Shown: positions 40,458 to 51,165, counted from the stretch's first letter. The stretch is DNA of 64,000 bases from Pseudomonadota bacterium (GCA_039026055.1 JBCCNB010000001.1:17240-81239), one strand, 5' to 3'. The notes: generated by a model not told the origin, from the letters alone. Numbers and translations are program-made.

Positions 40458-43400
40458 TTAAAAAAAGACGAAATCGTCTGCGTCCAGATTGCTTAAGGCG
40501 ACGCCCTTCAGCGCGATCGTGTTTGCCCCGTCGGTGATGGTTGTGACCCCATCCACGACCGACAGGTGATTGTCGACCAGATCGGTGAAATCTGTGATCC
40601 CTGTCACGCCGGACAGGTCGATCTCTTCGTCGTCATCCAGGGCGTTGAAATCAACGATGATGTCGTTGTCAAACCCGTCCACAAACACGAACGTATCCGA
40701 CCCCGTGCCGCCAAAGAGCACGTCATCAGCCGACCCACTGCTGAGTGTATCATCGCCGCCCATGCCCGCCAGAAGCTCGGCCTCGGTGCCGGCTGTCAGC
40801 GTGTCACCGGCCCCGGTCCCGGTCTGGCCGGTGGTGATCTCATCAAGCCCCGCGCGGTCTTCCGGCGTTCGACCGGAATTTGCGCCTGTGTTGATATAGT
40901 GAATGGTCGCGGCCTCGGCATCGGCGCCGAACACGCCAAGCAGATCCGCGTAGGTCGCAAGATAGGCGAACCCGTCAAATGTGATGCTCCGTCCTTTACT
41001 GGCGCCGGTCTGGATGTAATGCAGGGTGCCCGCATCCGCATCGGTGCCATAAAGCGCGCGCAGATCGGCGTAGGAGGCGATGTATTCGAGCCCGTCGAAC
41101 GTCACCTGCCGCCCGGCATTGGCCCCGTAGAGGATGTAGTGTTCGGTCGCGGCCTCCACATCGGTGCCAAAGATGCCGCGCAGATCCGCGTTGGAGGCAA
41201 GATACTCCAGGCCGTTGAACGTGATCTCACGGCCTTCGCCCGCGCCTATGTCGAGGAAGTGTTGTGCACCGGCCACCCGGTCCGTGCCGAAGGTGGCGCG
41301 CAGATCGGCGTAGGAGGCGATATAGTCCAGACCGTTGAAAGTGACTTCTCGCCCGGAATCCGCGCCGAATGTGATGTAGTGCCGGATGGCGGCATCAATA
41401 TCATTTCCGTAAAACGCGCGTAGATCGGAATGCGAGGCCAGGTACTCAAGGCCGTTGAAGGTAACCTCTCGCCCTTGATCCACACCTTCAAGAATATAGT
41501 GCAGGGTGCCGGCAAAACCGTTGATGCCCAAGGTTGCCCGGAGATCGGCGTAAGAGGCGATGTATTCCAAACCGTCGAACGTGATCTCACGCCCGGCATT
41601 TGCACCAAACAGGATGTAGTGCTGCGTCGCAGCTTCCACGTTTCTTCCATAGGTTGTCCTTAGGTCAGAATGGGACGCCAAATATTCCAGGCCGCTGAAG
41701 GTGATCTGCCGACCCTCATTTGCGCCTTGCAGAATGTAGTGTTCTGCGCCCGCGCTCCGATCAACTCCAAAAAGGTCGATCAGATCTGAATGTGACGCGA
41801 TGTATTCCAATCCTTTGAAGGTAACAGTGCGGCCGTCGTTGGCACCTTCAAGAATGTAGTGTTCTGCACCGGCATCCGCGTCTGCCCCGAAAAGCGCCGC
41901 CAGATCGGAATGAGACGCGAGGTATTCCATCCCGTAGAATCTAATCTCGCGTCCGGCATCCGCGCCAAATTCAATGTAGTGCTGCGTGCCTGCATCGGCA
42001 TTGGCGCCAAAGATTGCCCACAGGTCGCTGTAGGACGCCAAGTATTCCATGCCGCTGAAACTTATCTCGCGTCCTTCGTCGAGGCCTTGGGCGACATAGT
42101 GCTGCAGACCCGCCAAGCCGTCAGCGCCTAAATCCGCACGCAAATCTGCATAAGAGGCTATATAGGCCAGCGCATCAAATCCCGCGACGGCCCCGCTGGA
42201 CATTGTAATGTCGATGAATTCGAGGTTCTCGACATTCTGATAGAGATCAGTTCCATCTGTGCCGACGGTGTCATTCACAGCCACATAGCCGCCCCAGCGG
42301 GCCATGTTGTAGTCTGTGCTCATCCCAGAGAACATGCCCGTATCGGTGCCGTCGCCGCCATCGAGCATGTCATTACCGGCCCCACCCGTTACGGTGTCAT
42401 TGCCGTCGCCCGCTTCAATGATGTTGTTCGCTTCATTGCCGACAGCCGTATCATTGCCCGAACCCAGCTTCAGGTTCTCGATGATTGTGTCAATCGCGAT
42501 GCCGATGACACCGATGTTGGACCCCACATCCGAAAACGCACCATCATTGAGGTTGATGTTCAGGTTCTGGGAGTAGGGGCTCAGATCGAACAGGTCGATG
42601 CCGCCCTGATCAAAAAGCGTATAGGCCAGGAAATTGCCATTGGTGTTCGCCGTCGAATTACCCGACACCACGGAGTTGAACAGCTCGTCCATGTAGTTGC
42701 CGAGGTTGGACCCGTGGCCGAAGATTGTATCGCCCGCCGTGACGCTATTGCCGTCTGCCGCGCCATAGAAATCCTGTGCTGCGAGGATGTCGGCCATCAT
42801 GGTCGTGCCAAGCAAGGCGTAGGTCGCGTTGGTAGATGTGTTTTCGGACTGACTGAAATAGGACATGACTGACACTTGCCAGCTGTCATTCACGAAATAG
42901 GCATCAGTTGATCGTTGTGCCCGTGAAGTTGTAGTCGCCCATGTGGTTGAGGCCGATCGAATGTCCAAATTCGTGCACATACGTCTGGAAGGAATAACTG
43001 TCGATCGACGTACCGTTGTTTTGCAACCAAGCTTTCGATACGTTGAGTTCCACACCGACAGTGTTGAAACCGGGCGCGCCGTTGGTGGACCCAGCGTTGG
43101 GGAAGAAGGCAAAGGCACCGCTGTCTTCATCATCCACGGTGATCATCTCACCAGATGTCACAATCTGGAAGTCGAGGTCCACAACCATTTCCCAGGCTTC
43201 CATCGCCCAGAGTGCGAGCTGCTGGCCTTCTGCCGTCAACCCGCTGATGTTTACCGTGATCACGTTGGACGTGGTCGTGTCGTAGGTGAATGCAAACCCG
43301 TTTGTTCCGGTCTTCAGGAATTCCGCCAATTCCGCATTTGTTCCAACGCCCCCCGGGAAGGGCATGCTTTCCGTTACCGCAAGCGTGTAGGTGCCGGTAT

Positions 43401-44931
43401 TCGCCAGAAAATAGGATTCGACCTCAATATAGAACGTACTGATCGTGGCGGCCGTGTAGGTGATTTGGGCGTCAAATCCGGCCCCATCCAGATCGTCATA
43501 CTCGATGAAATTTCCATTCGCATCGTAGAGCCTGAGATCCGTATCACCTAAGGTGCCTCCGCCGCTCTGTGCGCCCAAGGCATCTATGATATAGGTTTTG
43601 CCGGCTTCAAAGGTGACAGCAATCCAATCTTCATCGCCCGCTGTTCCAATCGAGCCGACAAACGTCTCGCCCACGTTCACAGAGTAGGGCGTGGACGTGT
43701 CATCGGGCGCGTCAACACCTTCCTGACCAAGGCCTAGGTTGTTGACTGAAAGGTTGTATATGCCGGTGTTAAAGAAGACGTCAGCCTCAACCTCGATAAA
43801 GTAAGTCCCAGAGGTTGCCGCGGTGTAGGTTATACTGACGTCATTGTTTGACCCCTCAACGCTTTCAGTGATCTCGCTTCCGGATGCGTCAAACAGCTTG
43901 AGGGATGCGCCGGTCAACAATCCGTCAGGGCCGAACCGTGCGCCGGGGACGTCAATTTGGTAGGTCTGGCCAGCCACCAGTGATACAGCGATCCAATCCT
44001 TGTCACGCTCGTACGAAACGGTGCCCGTAAAGGTGCTGCCAACATCCATCAAATACGTGGAAGAAAAATCCCCTTCGGCATCTTCGAATTCGTCGGCTGC
44101 GCCGATTGTCGCCGTGGTGACCGTGTATGTTCCTGTCGCGGAGGCATCATCACCGCCAACGGCAATATAGAAGGTGCCTGTGGTTTGCGCGGTGTAGATG
44201 ATCGCGGCGTCCAGACCAATGCCGCTTTGCCGGTCGTACACCAGCAAGTTGCCGGTCGCGTCGTATAGCCAAACATCGCTGTTATCGAGCGTTTCGTCCG
44301 CTCCTGTGTCACCGATCGCATTGATCTTGTAGGTCTGACCGGCTGTCAGGGAAATTGAAATCCAATCCTGATCCCCGCCTGTCGCGATCTCACCGGCAAA
44401 TCTGTCCCCAACAACCATGGAATAGCCCGTTGTGAGGTCAGCTGACGCGTCTGCAACTTCGGGTGTTTCCTGATTGATCGTGACGACATATGTGCCAGTC
44501 GCTGAGTCACTGAACGCGTCAATCCCAAGGTAATAGGTGCCATCCGCAAATGGCTGCCAAACAAGGTTTGCGTCGTTACCTGCGCTGTCATTGTCATCAA
44601 ACGTATTCTGATTGCCTGAGCTGGAATAAAAATACAGGTCGGTGTTTTCGAGCGTGCCACCGCCGATGCTGTCGCTGCCAAGCACATTGATGATGTACCA
44701 GACATTGCCCGTGACATTGAGTTCCAATCAATCCTGGGTGTCTCCGCTGGTGATTTCGCCCACAAATGTATCGCCAACACCCACCGAGTAGACTGTCGAA
44801 GTGTCGTTCGCTGCGTCCGTCGTCTCTGAGAAGGTGGCTGAGAATGTCTACGCAATACCGTCAAACGCCGGCTTACCTGGCTCGTGCCGGTCCGGCACAA
44901 AAGTCTGGGTCATCATGCAGACATTACACAT
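40458..44931 (-). pseudogene. Large RTX/serralysin-like M10 zinc metalloprotease (4 PPC-like domains, catalytic domain, RTX motifs, 11x40-aa repeats) interrupted by two stops and a frameshift
   Basis: Start MCNVCMMTQTF at 44931; in-frame TAG 44848-50 and TGA 44728-30; HEFGHSIGLNH; frameshift near 42905 before the Met-turn SVMSY; GGAGND and GGDGTD RTX motifs; C-terminus DADDFVFF. Confidence 0.8.
40860..42179 (-). repeat. Intragenic tandem array of 11 x 120 bp (40 aa)
   Basis: Units F.G.EY(L/I)AS(Y/H).DL...G....A(A/G)..HY...GA..GR.(I/V)T, counted by hand from FDALAYIASY to GANSGRTPE. Confidence 0.9.
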
Positions 44932-44958
44932 GGTGGGGGTCTTTCCTTAGGCGCAAGT

Positions 44959-45447
44959 CTATTCTGGGTTGTTCTTGTGTTGGTTTAAAGCGGATTCCAA
45001 ACCGGGGCTGGCGTTCTCGATCATGCGTGTTGCGAAATCAACATCATCCTGACCGTCCCGTGATACGCGGTCTCCAGACCCGTCGGGCCAGGACAAGTAC
45101 CCGGCGTCTTCCGTCGTGTTCAAGCGGATCTCGAAGGCGACGTCAGGCACGGGCTCTGGATTGATGCGGAATATGCGTCCAGGAGCTTTTTGGGCCAGCA
45201 CTTGTACCAGAGCGCGGCACAAATGCAGGTTTGCGTCACACGTAATGGCCACCACAGGTCGCGGCAATTGTTTAGCGGATGCAACACTACCAACGCTCAT
45301 CAACATACCCAAAGTCGCACCAACACATGTTGTCCGCGCCAGCGCACGCCGCACGCTGAACACGCTACCATTCTGAAACGCTGCGAGAGCAGACAACACT
45401 TTGAACCGTCCCATCGTGCCCCACAGGTTGATTAACGATTCAGACAT
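44959..45447 (-). CDS. Hypothetical, possibly exported protein directly upstream of the protease gene; start uncertain
   Basis: Hydrophobic stretch ending SVASA, ITCDANLHLC Cys pair; stop lies 28 nt before the protease ATG. Confidence 0.5.
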   Translation of the reverse strand: MSESLINLWGTMGRFKVLSALAAFQNGSVFSVRRALARTTCVGATLGMLMSVGSVASAKQLPRPVVAITCDANLHLCRALVQVLAQKAPGRIFRINPEPVPDVAFEIRLNTTEDAGYLSWPDGSGDRVSRDGQDDVDFATRMIENASPGLESALNQHKNNPE

Positions 45448-45638
45448 CGTTTTTCTAGCGTAAACATTAAGGTCATTGTGTGATCAAAATACGCAGACTT
45501 GCCTTGCTTTTGTTGGGAAAAAGAGCCCGGGGGGTATCACTTTTTCCAGTCCATAATCTTGTGGGCCGTGTTTTGAGCCCATGGCCAAACGCAACGTAAG
45601 TAAATGCCGCGCGTCAAAGAAACCAAAAATGTGTGGAT

Positions 45639-45715
45639 TGGCGGACCGAGGAGGATTCGAACCCCCGACCCCCTGATTCGTAGTCAGGTACTCTATCCAG
45701 CTGAGCTATCGGTCC
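45639..45715 (-). tRNA. tRNA-Arg (ACG)
   Basis: Minus strand reads GGACCGATAGCTCAGCTGGATAGAGTACCTGACTACGAATCAGG...GGTTCGAATCCTCCTCGGTCCGCCA. Confidence 0.97.
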
Positions 45716-45783
45716 GTGAGAGCGAGGGAATAGACATCTGCGTGCGGCGATGCAAGCGCTTTTCGGGGGCCGCTGCGCTGTTC

Positions 45784-47175
45784 CTAATGTTCCGACTTTT
45801 CGCGGGGCAGGGTGAGGACAAATTGTGTGCCCTCCGGACCCGTGTATCCCAGTGATAAATCGCCGCCGTGCCCCCGCAGCAATTCGCGTGCAATCGAAAG
45901 GCCAAGACCGGTTCCGCCCTTGGTGGTGCCGCCCTGAAAGGCTTCAAAAAGGTGTTCCTGCGCCTTTGGTGGCAGGCCCGGTCCTGTGTCGCTGATCGTC
46001 ATGACATGCGTGTCTGGTGTATCCTCGGCCGCAATGCTGATTTCGCCCGGATTGCCTGTCGAGATGATGGCCTGACGCGCATTGCGTGTCATGTTGGAGA
46101 TCACGCGATAGAGTTGTTCGGCATCGGCGCAAACCGGCATGCCCACGGGCACATCCGCGGCGAAACTGACATCGGCATCGCCCACCGCAAGGCGTTCGGC
46201 GTCAATCACATCCTGCACCAGATCATCCAGGTCAATCATGGCCAATTTGGGTGCTGGTTCTTCTGCCTTTCCAAAGGCCAGCGTGCTTTCGCAAAGATGC
46301 ACAGCGCGCGTGATCGAATTCACCAGTTTGGGGGCCATGCGCTTAACGGCAGGGTCCTCGCTCATTTCGATCCGGTCGGTAAAAAGCTGCGCGGACGTTA
46401 GGATGTTGCGCAGATCGTGGCTGACCTTGGCTACGGCCCCGCCCAACTGCGCCAGGCGTTCGCGCTGTTTCAGCGCGCCGGTCATCTGGGTTTGCAGCGA
46501 CAAGAGCGCTTCTTCGGCTTCGCGCAGCTCCGACACCCCAGCAGAGGGCGAGATGCGATAACGCGCATCTTCCGGCGCATCGGCATAGGCCGCCATGGTG
46601 CCCACAACGTGCTTGATGGGCTTCACGAGAAGGGCACGTACCGCGACAAAAAGAAGGCCCGCCGTGACAATTGAAATCACGGCCGACAAGATCAGGATGC
46701 GCAACCCGTAATCCAACATCGCATCGCGCAACTCGGACGTCTCCAGCGTCACTTCGATCAAAAGCCCGCCCATCTGGCTGGGTTGACCGATCACGCGGAT
46801 CACTTCACGTTCCGGCGTGATCAGGCGGGATAGCGCATCCCGGATAAGTTCCATCGCCGTCGGGGCGCGCAAATCGAAGGTTTGGCTGATCGGTTCGGGC
46901 ATGGGCGCAGACAGGATCAACTGCCGCGCCTCATCACGCCTGAGCACAATGTTGAAGACGCCCGCGTTCATCAAAAGCTCTTCTCGCAATTCGGCGCTGA
47001 TGTCTTCGCTGGCCAGCAAGGCCAGCGATGCAATTTGTGATCGCTCCAGTTTCAGGTTCAGGAACTCTTCACGGTAGCGCGCCACGGAAGGCACGAAAAT
47101 CAGGATTTCCGCGATCATCACGAAGATCGCCGTCAGGACAAGAAACCGCCCGGAGAGTGTGCGAAGGAACTTCAT
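45784..47175 (-). CDS. Membrane sensor histidine kinase
   Basis: Two TM segments; KVSHDLRNIL, NMTRNARQA, SDTGPGLP, GTGLGLSI. Confidence 0.9.
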   Translation of the reverse strand: MKFLRTLSGRFLVLTAIFVMIAEILIFVPSVARYREEFLNLKLERSQIASLALLASEDISAELREELLMNAGVFNIVLRRDEARQLILSAPMPEPISQTFDLRAPTAMELIRDALSRLITPEREVIRVIGQPSQMGGLLIEVTLETSELRDAMLDYGLRILILSAVISIVTAGLLFVAVRALLVKPIKHVVGTMAAYADAPEDARYRISPSAGVSELREAEEALLSLQTQMTGALKQRERLAQLGGAVAKVSHDLRNILTSAQLFTDRIEMSEDPAVKRMAPKLVNSITRAVHLCESTLAFGKAEEPAPKLAMIDLDDLVQDVIDAERLAVGDADVSFAADVPVGMPVCADAEQLYRVISNMTRNARQAIISTGNPGEISIAAEDTPDTHVMTISDTGPGLPPKAQEHLFEAFQGGTTKGGTGLGLSIARELLRGHGGDLSLGYTGPEGTQFVLTLPREKSEH

Positions 47176-47208
47176 TTACGCCTGTCAGACTATCCGTTTC
47201 GTCAACCG

Positions 47209-48627
47209 TCAGGGCAGCCAGCGTTGCACCAGCCCCACGATCCGCTTGACCTTAGGGTTATCAAACAACCTCGGCGAGAAATAGGCCCCTGCAACACGTT
47301 TGTTGACCTCACCCAAAGTGGGGTAGGGGGCAACCATACTGGCGATCTGGCTCATCTTCATCTTGTTGGCGATGGCGAGCGCCCAGACACCGATCAATTC
47401 GCCCGCCTGGGGACCAGCGATGGAGGCTCCCACGGGGCGGCCTTTCACGACCATGATTTTGATCAGGCCTTGGGTTTTGCGTTCCGCGATGGCGCGGTCA
47501 TTGCCGCTGAACTCAAAGCGGGCGACTTCCAATGCTCTGCCGTGCGCTTTTCGTGCTTCAGCCTCTGTCATGCCCACTTGAGCCAGTTCGGGATCAGTAT
47601 AGGTCGCCCAGGGGATGTGATCGGTGCGCTGCTTTGCGGGCAGACCAAAGAGGGCAGAGCGGATGATGAGCCCCGCGTGATAGCCGGCCACATGCGTAAA
47701 TTGCAGACCGCCAGCCACATCGCCGATGGCATAGACGCGCTTGTTGGTGGTCTTCATCTGCGCATCCACCTCGATGCCGCGCTTGTTGGTTTTGATCCCT
47801 GCCTTGTCGAGGTCAAGCTTGTCGATATTGGATTTACGCCCCACGGCCATCAGAAGGTGGCTGCCTTTGAAGATGCGCCCGTCCTGCGTGGTGACGGTGA
47901 TGTCACCTGCTTTGCCAGAGATTTCCTGCGCCAGGGCGTCCTCCGCAATCTCCACGCCTTCAGCGCGCAGTTGGTTCAGAACGACTTCGGCCATTTCCGG
48001 ATCGTCATTGCCAAGCGCTTTCGCGCCTTCGATGACCGTGACCTTGGACCCAAGACGGATATGGGCTTGCGCCATTTCCATACCGATTGGCCCACCGCCG
48101 ATGATCAGCAGGTGCTTGGGCTGTTCGCGCAGGTCAAAGAGCGTTTCATTGGTCTCAAAAGGAACCTTGTCGAGCCCCGGGATGGGTGGCACGAAAGGCG
48201 AAGACCCCGTGGAGATCACCACGCGACGGGCCGTGATCACCGTGTCACCGGCATGCACCTCTGTCGGAGAGATGAAGCGGCCGAATTCCGTGATGACATG
48301 CACGCCAAGGCCCTCAAAGCGTTCGACGCTGTCATGAGGTTCGATCGTGGCGATCACGTCATGGACATGGTCCTTGGCCGCGGCGTAATCCACTTTCGGT
48401 GTCTGATCCGCGACGCCGTAGGGTTGGGCGTGGCCCTGGCCATAGGCGGCCTTGCCTGCGGCGATCAGCGCCTTGGACGGGACACAGCCGTAGTTCAGAC
48501 AATCACCGCCCATTTTGTGGCCTTCGAGCAGGACCACCGAGGCCCCCATCTGTACGGCACCCGCAGCCACGGACAGCCCGCCAGAGCCGGCCCCGATGAC
48601 CAGCAGATCGGTCTTAATGCGTTCCAT
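47209..48627 (-). CDS. Pyridine nucleotide-disulfide oxidoreductase (dihydrolipoamide dehydrogenase/MerA-like family)
   Basis: IGAGSGG, GGDCLNYGCVPSK, IGGGPIG.E, YAIGD, APYPTLGE. Confidence 0.85.
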   Translation of the reverse strand: MERIKTDLLVIGAGSGGLSVAAGAVQMGASVVLLEGHKMGGDCLNYGCVPSKALIAAGKAAYGQGHAQPYGVADQTPKVDYAAAKDHVHDVIATIEPHDSVERFEGLGVHVITEFGRFISPTEVHAGDTVITARRVVISTGSSPFVPPIPGLDKVPFETNETLFDLREQPKHLLIIGGGPIGMEMAQAHIRLGSKVTVIEGAKALGNDDPEMAEVVLNQLRAEGVEIAEDALAQEISGKAGDITVTTQDGRIFKGSHLLMAVGRKSNIDKLDLDKAGIKTNKRGIEVDAQMKTTNKRVYAIGDVAGGLQFTHVAGYHAGLIIRSALFGLPAKQRTDHIPWATYTDPELAQVGMTEAEARKAHGRALEVARFEFSGNDRAIAERKTQGLIKIMVVKGRPVGASIAGPQAGELIGVWALAIANKMKMSQIASMVAPYPTLGEVNKRVAGAYFSPRLFDNPKVKRIVGLVQRWLP

Positions 48628-48629
48628 GA

Positions 48630-49361
48630 TTAGATGTCCTTTTTGCCGCGAATGGCTTTGATCGCGATGGGCAGGGCGGCGAGAACGCAGAGCCCGAGGA
48701 TCGGCCCGATCACTTGCGGCTCCCACAGGATCGACAGGTTGGGGCTTTCGCCGCGGTCAAAAACCTCGCCCAAGCCCACGCCGATCCACGTAAAGACCAG
48801 CGCACCCGGGATAATACCCAAAATCGTGGTGAAGACGAAGTTCCGGAATTTTACCCCGACCAGCGCGGGCAGAAGGTTGGCCACAAAGAAGGGCACGGCA
48901 GGCACAAGACGCAGCAGGAAAAGCACGCTGATTTCATTCTCGCGCAGCCCGTCTTTCAGTTTCTTGAGGCTACCATCAGAGGCGTCCATTTTCGCTGCGA
49001 GCGCCTGGCCCAGCCCGAAGCGCGCTGCGAGGAAAATCGCGCTTGCCCCGACAGAGGCCGCGATCACGTTGAACGTGGTGCCGAGTGCGAGACCGAAGAG
49101 AAAACCCCCGGTGACCGAAGCCACGGCGGCACCGGGCAGCGAAAAGGCAACGATGACGATGTAAATGCCGATGAAGGCCGCAGCGAGCCCAATGAAGTTG
49201 CTGTCGCGGAAGGCCAGCAGCGCTTCGCGATTGTCGCGCAAGGTTTCAAAGCTCAGGTAGTCTTTCAGCGTGAAAAACCCGATCAATGCTACGAGGAGGA
49301 TTATGGCCAGCGGAGCGTGACGCAAAAGTCCCGGTTTGGAAGGTGTCTGAGTGTTGTCCAT
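48630..49361 (-). CDS. TVP38/TMEM64 (DedA-like) membrane protein
   Basis: FSLPGA, GGFLFG, LRLVPAVPFFVANL, TILGIIPG. Confidence 0.9.
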   Translation of the reverse strand: MDNTQTPSKPGLLRHAPLAIILLVALIGFFTLKDYLSFETLRDNREALLAFRDSNFIGLAAAFIGIYIVIVAFSLPGAAVASVTGGFLFGLALGTTFNVIAASVGASAIFLAARFGLGQALAAKMDASDGSLKKLKDGLRENEISVLFLLRLVPAVPFFVANLLPALVGVKFRNFVFTTILGIIPGALVFTWIGVGLGEVFDRGESPNLSILWEPQVIGPILGLCVLAALPIAIKAIRGKKDI

Positions 49362-49573
49362 GTTCGCTCTCGGTTTTTTGTCCATTTCTCTTAGACCATA
49401 GATGCGTGGATAAGGGCCGCGACGCCAGTGGTCTCACGCGGCGGTGATCGGGGGTGAACGTAACCCAGCGTCAATTACGGGTGTTTTAAGGCCTAGCCCC
49501 CCGTTTTGTCATGTTTTGTAACACGTAAGGCTGCCAAACCCTGCGTTTTGTTGCAAAACCAGAGGAAGCGGGT

Positions 49574-49602
49574 TTGACTTGGGGTAGGGCTGGGCTTATA
49601 GA
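49574..49602 (+). promoter_or_regulatory. Candidate sigma70 promoter for rpmH
   Basis: TTGACT-17 bp-TATAGA. Confidence 0.55.
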
Positions 49603-49687
49603 CCGGGCTTCATATCGGATTTTACGGGTCTGACGGGCGAATCCCGCCGCGAAAAAAAACAGACCCGACAGAGTGGAGAGCGGATCG

Positions 49688-49822
49688 ATGAAACGCACTT
49701 TTCAACCTTCCAACCTGGTGCGCAAGCGCCGTCACGGGTTTCGCGCGCGCATGGCGACCAAAGCGGGGCGCAAAATCCTGAATGCGCGTCGCGCCCGTGG
49801 TCGCAAATCGCTCAGCGCGTAA
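49688..49822 (+). CDS. rpmH: 50S ribosomal protein L34 (too short for the ORF track)
   Basis: Hand translation [44 protein letters not shown]; RBS GGAG. Confidence 0.97.
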
Positions 49823-49845
49823 GCGCGAGCGTTAAGGTCAAACAC

Positions 49846-50253
49846 ATGACACCGTCTGAGGCCTCCGCCGCGTCGGAGAATACCCCTCAGGCGGTGTCTT
49901 GCGTTTTGGTCCCAAAAATATCCGTTCTGAAAAACCGCGCTGATTATCTGGCTCTCAATCGCGCACAGCGGCAAGCCATGCCCACGATGGTGGTGCAGGG
50001 GCGCGACCGGCAGGACGGATCAGAGGATGTGCGCGTAGGCTTTACCTGTTCCAAGAAGGTCGGCAATGCCGTCGTACGCAATCGCGCCAAGCGTCGGCTG
50101 CGAGAGGTCGCGCGGCTTCATTTGGCATCTTTTGCGCAGCCAGGCTGGGACTATGCGCTGATCGGACGGGCAGGCGCCACGGCGACACGTCCCTTTTCGG
50201 AGTTGGAAACCCACTTGGAACGCGCCTTGCGCATGTTACATTCTTCCTCATGA
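49846..50253 (+). CDS. rnpA: Ribonuclease P protein component
   Basis: RVGFTCSKKVGNAVVRNRAKRRLRE. Confidence 0.95.
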   Translation: MTPSEASAASENTPQAVSCVLVPKISVLKNRADYLALNRAQRQAMPTMVVQGRDRQDGSEDVRVGFTCSKKVGNAVVRNRAKRRLREVARLHLASFAQPGWDYALIGRAGATATRPFSELETHLERALRMLHSSS

Positions 50254-50531
50254 CATTGCTTGCGCGCATACTCTCGTGGCCCGTGAAGGCCTATCGGCTG
50301 ATCGGTTCACCTTGGGTGGGTCACAATTGCCGCTACCAGCCGACCTGCAGTGCTTACGCGTTGGAAGCATTCGAAAAGCATGGCGCGCTGAAAGGCGGCT
50401 GGATGGCTTTGCGCCGCATCGGGCGTTGTAATCCATGGGGCGGGCAGGGCTATGATCCGGTGCCGGAGAAGCCGACATGCGGCTGTTGCGGATCAGAGCC
50501 TCCCCTCAGCAAGGATGATGCTGGGCGGTGA
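50250..50531 (+). CDS. yidD: Membrane protein insertion efficiency factor
   Basis: CRYQPTCSAYALEA..KHG..KG, RIGRCNPWGGQGYDPVP. Confidence 0.95.
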   Translation: MTLLARILSWPVKAYRLIGSPWVGHNCRYQPTCSAYALEAFEKHGALKGGWMALRRIGRCNPWGGQGYDPVPEKPTCGCCGSEPPLSKDDAGR

Positions 50532-51116
50532 CGTGATCGATTGGAACGGCCTTGTGCCATTCCATTCAAACCCCTGAAAATGTGTCTCTGCGACTTTGCG
50601 ATGGCCCATTTTGGTCAACACAACATGCTGGGTGGCTGCTGAAGACAGTTCACCGACGATTGCGCGGAACCCTGCAGCGCGCGCAATGGGTTGGATGTGC
50701 TCTCTCATCGCTTGGTAGGTGCCCAGGCCGCGCGCGTCTGGATGGGTGGCGGCCATGTCGACAAGCAGAACCTCACCCGGACCTAATGCGTGCTGTTTGT
50801 GGTAGGTTTGGGTGAGCGAGCGGGTCAAGGCCGCGATTTCAGGATAGGGGCCGGAAGGCGGCGCGTCGGATAGGGTCGCATACATGTCCGTGGCGATGAG
50901 GCAGCCCAACATGCGGCCGTCTGTTGTCCGGGCGGCAAGCGACAGATTTCGCGATACCATGGCCTTGAAAGATGGCCGCAAGCCCTGACGATAAGGCGCA
51001 AGCGCGACATCCAAGGCCGCATGCAAGCTGCTGGATTGCGCGAAGACCTCGGTGACAAGATCGAACGCCTCGTCGAACTGGTCGGGGGTGACAGGCGTTA
51101 TAGAAAACTCGGTCAT
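50493..51116 (-). CDS. GNAT-fold N-acetyltransferase-like protein
   Basis: ATHPDARGLG acetyl-CoA loop, AARTTDGRMLGC, SSAATQHV..KMG. Confidence 0.65.
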   Translation of the reverse strand: MTEFSITPVTPDQFDEAFDLVTEVFAQSSSLHAALDVALAPYRQGLRPSFKAMVSRNLSLAARTTDGRMLGCLIATDMYATLSDAPPSGPYPEIAALTRSLTQTYHKQHALGPGEVLLVDMAATHPDARGLGTYQAMREHIQPIARAAGFRAIVGELSSAATQHVVLTKMGHRKVAETHFQGFEWNGTRPFQSITSPPSIILAEGRL

Positions 51117-51165
51117 GAAAGCTCTATAGCTTATCATTATGCCCTTCGGGCGCGCCTTGCTTAAC

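Noticed and set aside
40860-42179. CRISPR array
   Set aside because: The 120-bp periodicity is a degenerate in-frame protein repeat with no identical repeats, unique spacers or cas genes.
47209-48627. Mercuric reductase merA
   Set aside because: No C-terminal Cys-Cys, no N-terminal metal-binding domain and no mer operon genes.
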